This document shows, one piece after another, positions 60,924 to 64,000 of a stretch of 64,000 nt of DNA (position 1 is its first letter; each line of letters opens with the position of its first letter). The notes under the pieces were generated by a model. The model worked only from the letters and a program-made list of their open reading frames with translations. It was not told the origin of the DNA and ran no database searches. The stretch comes from Lepidodermella squamata (taxonomy: Eukaryota; Animalia; Gastrotricha), in contig JBLDXI010000028.1 in the NCBI GenBank assembly GCA_047495785.1, positions 558,001 to 622,000 of the forward strand, in the 5' to 3' direction. Position numbers and translations under genes: made by a program.

Positions 60924-63900
60924 ATGAAACAACTCAACCAGCTAAAGCTACTTATTTGGAAGAATTTCCTAGTCAAATGCCGGCAACCGGTAAAATTATT
61001 GACTACTTGTGACCGCCGTCTAATATTTGTGTCATTCTAACAGTGGCTGTTAGGCCTTGAAACTTTGGCGCCACTGTTGCTTTTTTTCTTGCTTGCTTTG
61101 CAACGGCCGTGGAATGCGCCCGTTAAATTGCCGACTACTTATGGGAAGACGTTGGCTTTGCCATCAAGTGGCATAGTTCCGGTACTGCAATCGATCTGCA
61201 ATTTTTACCAAGACGCCGAATTTGCGAATTCTAGCCAGCTCGACCACGGCCCAGATTCAGAGTAAGATTGTCAACTTTTCCAACCTTAGCAAAACTTTTC
61301 TTTAGGTCAATTAATTATTGGCCAATGTGTTACTGAATTTTCAAGTCTAATTGCAAACTTTTTTCTCTGCTAGGCTAGGAAAATGGCTGGCACGTCATGT
61401 TGGCCTTTTAAAAGCTGCCAACGAAGCTTATGGAGATTCCCCGCCAGACCAAATTATCGATCGATTTATTACCGATTATGGTCAGATTTTACTTGAGCAT
61501 CCGAAACTCTCGCAGGAGCAGGCTGTCTCCTCCGATCAGCTTTTGGTGAGGATTGCGCTTTGGCATCGCGTTAATGCTTTTCTTTATTGTCATTTAGATA
61601 AATCGATTTACTTTGTTTCACTCAATTTTACATGAGCTGTCAAACTTGTCCTCGCAACTCTCTTTTATTGATCTTCTCACCAAAGATTCCATCAATGAAA
61701 CAAGCTTTGAAAATAATGCAAAGAATTTCGAACCTATCAAGCGCCTGTTTTGCCCGAATCTTAAAGATCCATCAGCACTTATCTCAGATCTGATCAGGCT
61801 CGCGAGGTTCGCTTCCGGCAGCAGTGTGAGCTTGGAAATTTCGAATTCGAAGCTCAACCACTTATTAAAATTCCTCGCAAACTTCCGCGAAAAACAGCCG
61901 AGAATTCTCTACAGCCCTGCTAACACGGTAGCTGAATTGATCATAGCTAGGGCGAATCGAACCTTTGAAGCGATCGATTTAATATCAGGCCTTGCAAGGC
62001 AATGGAGCCGGGCGACAGCTCCTTATTTATTGGATCTTCTGAATCAGCAAACTTCATCGAATAAAATATTTCGGTTGATTCAGGTACAATAATTTGCTAA
62101 TATATTCTACATTTGATTGAAATAAGACTTTATTAGACTTCGAATCTCTTGGGCCTTCTGGTCGGAAACCGAGATTCAGAAGATGATCCTTTCAATTTTG
62201 AACCCATGGTATTGTCGAAGCTCCAATCTCAAATCGAAAGCGTCAGCCGATTGACAGATTTATGGCTTCGAATCTTCGGTAATCTCAACTTATCGATATT
62301 CCAAGGGTTCAACACCGAATTCCAAGCTGTCGACTACGCTACCAATCAAGCTGAACTCGGAAATGTTACAGTAGTTGCCGTTCTAGCTTTTGACGTGAAC
62401 AAGACCACCGGAGCCTTACTTCCTCACATGACTTACAAGATCCGGATGAACTCGACTAACATTCCGTCTGTTCGCCAATTTCGAGACTTTTTCTGGCACT
62501 CGCCGAGTTACTTACGAGATTCGATTACTAAAGACTAGTAAGTAAATTAGTGCTTTAAACTGACATTTCTAATATTTATCGATGTCTCTAGTTCCTTATT
62601 CGTTTTTATCCAAGACTTGATCGATCGGGCGATAATCGACGTGACTGTCGGTGAAAATGTGGTCGAACCTGGAACCTTCGCTACCAGCTTCCCGTTACCA
62701 TGTCGAAACTCAGATAACTTTTTAGACGAGTATCGGTAAGGTCCTGAATCTTTCATTTTTTTTGCCTGAATCCAATTTCAACTAAAATAGGGACCTTTTG
62801 CATCTTGACATGCCTCTACGGTTCGCTTTTGCTGCGGCCATTTTGGTGCAAAACGTTATGGACGAAAGAGAAAGTGGAGTTCGCTACCTGCTCATCGCGA
62901 TGGGTGTTCAAACCGGAATTCAAAATCTGGCTTGGTTTTTAACGTCATTCTCAATCCAAACTGCAACTGCTACACTTACAACTTCACTCTTCTACCTCAG
63001 CGGCATATTTCCTGCTAGCAATCCACTCGCTATCTGGCTGATCCTCGAACTATTCGCTGTCGCTATTACTGTTTTCGCGCTATTTATAACTGCTTTGCTG
63101 CCAGAGAAGCGATTCGCGTCGTTGCAGTTTACGATTATTTATTTAATCGCGTTTATTCCTGCCGCCACTATTAACCTGTATGAGGCTAGTTCATACTTTC
63201 CATTCCCTGCTTTCGGGAAGCACGTGGCCAGTCTGATACCAACTACACCGTTCGGAATTGCCTTCAAACTTTTTCTTTATCGAGAAGTTGAAGGTGTAGG
63301 CGTTGATTGGGACAACTTCTTGGAATCTCCAATCTCTGGCGATTCTTACTCTTTACTTCATGTCGTGATTTATCTTGCGGTCGATACTGTGATATTCGCT
63401 CTTCTGGCTTGGTGCCTTAACGAAACAAATCCCGGCAAATTTTGCATCGCAAAACCTTGGTACTTTCCGATACTGAAGTCTTATTGGAAGGGTCAGCCTT
63501 GCGATTTCGATAGTCCGGTTCCTAGCTGGGCGTGCAAGCTCAGAATCTCTGGTGAAGCTCTGAATCATGTCGAAGATAACTCAGTCCCTGATCTCACCCT
63601 TGGAGTTGACATTCGCCATCTCTGCAAATCTGGAGAAATCAACGTGAAGAGCTTAACAATGAAGCTACTTGAATCTCAGGTTACCACAATCCTTGGGCCG
63701 AACGATGCTGGCAAAACTACGATTTTGCAAGTTCTGGTCGGTTTGCTGCCACCCTCTTCGGGATCGGTCCGCGTCTATGGAATGGAACTGATGGCTAATT
63801 TGGACTTCATCAGAGATTTCGTCGGCTTTTGCCCGCAACAAACAATCTTGTTCGAAGATTTGACCCCGGAGGAACATTTTGGCCTCTTCAGTGGATTGAA

Positions 63901-64000
63901 GCAGACTTCATCTGAGTTCGAGATCGAGAAGATGCTGCGAGAAATAGGTCTGTCAAGCGCTGCGCAGATCACAGTCAGCAAATTGGAGCCTCAGTTACAA
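60924..64000 (+). CDS. ABC transporter subfamily A, 5' part (runs off window)
   Basis: QLKLLIWKNF.VK.RQP, YKIRM, FVFIQDLIDRAII, FPLPC, ERESG....MG, PW.FP...SYW, GPNDAGKTT and GFCPQ..ILF..LT.EEH. Confidence 0.92.

Overview
Gene-dense window from a eukaryotic, almost certainly invertebrate animal, genome with many ~50-60 nt GT-AG introns. I found no prokaryotic features, CRISPR arrays or rRNA. Host genes: a carbohydrate sulfotransferase, a bacterial-type CAP/SCP protein, three SDRs, two GT92 paralogues (one truncated), a Ly6/three-finger GPI protein, an F-box/FBA/ankyrin fusion, RNASEH2B, a KIF13-like kinesin with a nested antisense membrane-protein gene, two cationic single-pass membrane proteins, and the 5' part of an ABCA transporter with degenerate NBD1 motifs. 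A near-perfect 3.5 kb inverted duplication (12408-15929 / 18497-22033) carries a secreted chitin-binding + LamG-like + inactive trypsin gene. Directly next to it lies an intronless, frameshifted, highly divergent TATA-binding-protein-like gene, just inside a hAT-like transposon end. Mobile DNA is abundant: an intact single-ORF APE-RT LINE plus a decayed copy, two apparently identical 1347 bp MULE-type elements with 9 bp TSDs, P-like, hAT and Tc1-like MITEs, and a PIF1/gag/LTR mosaic. All family assignments come from motif recognition by eye. No database search was run.
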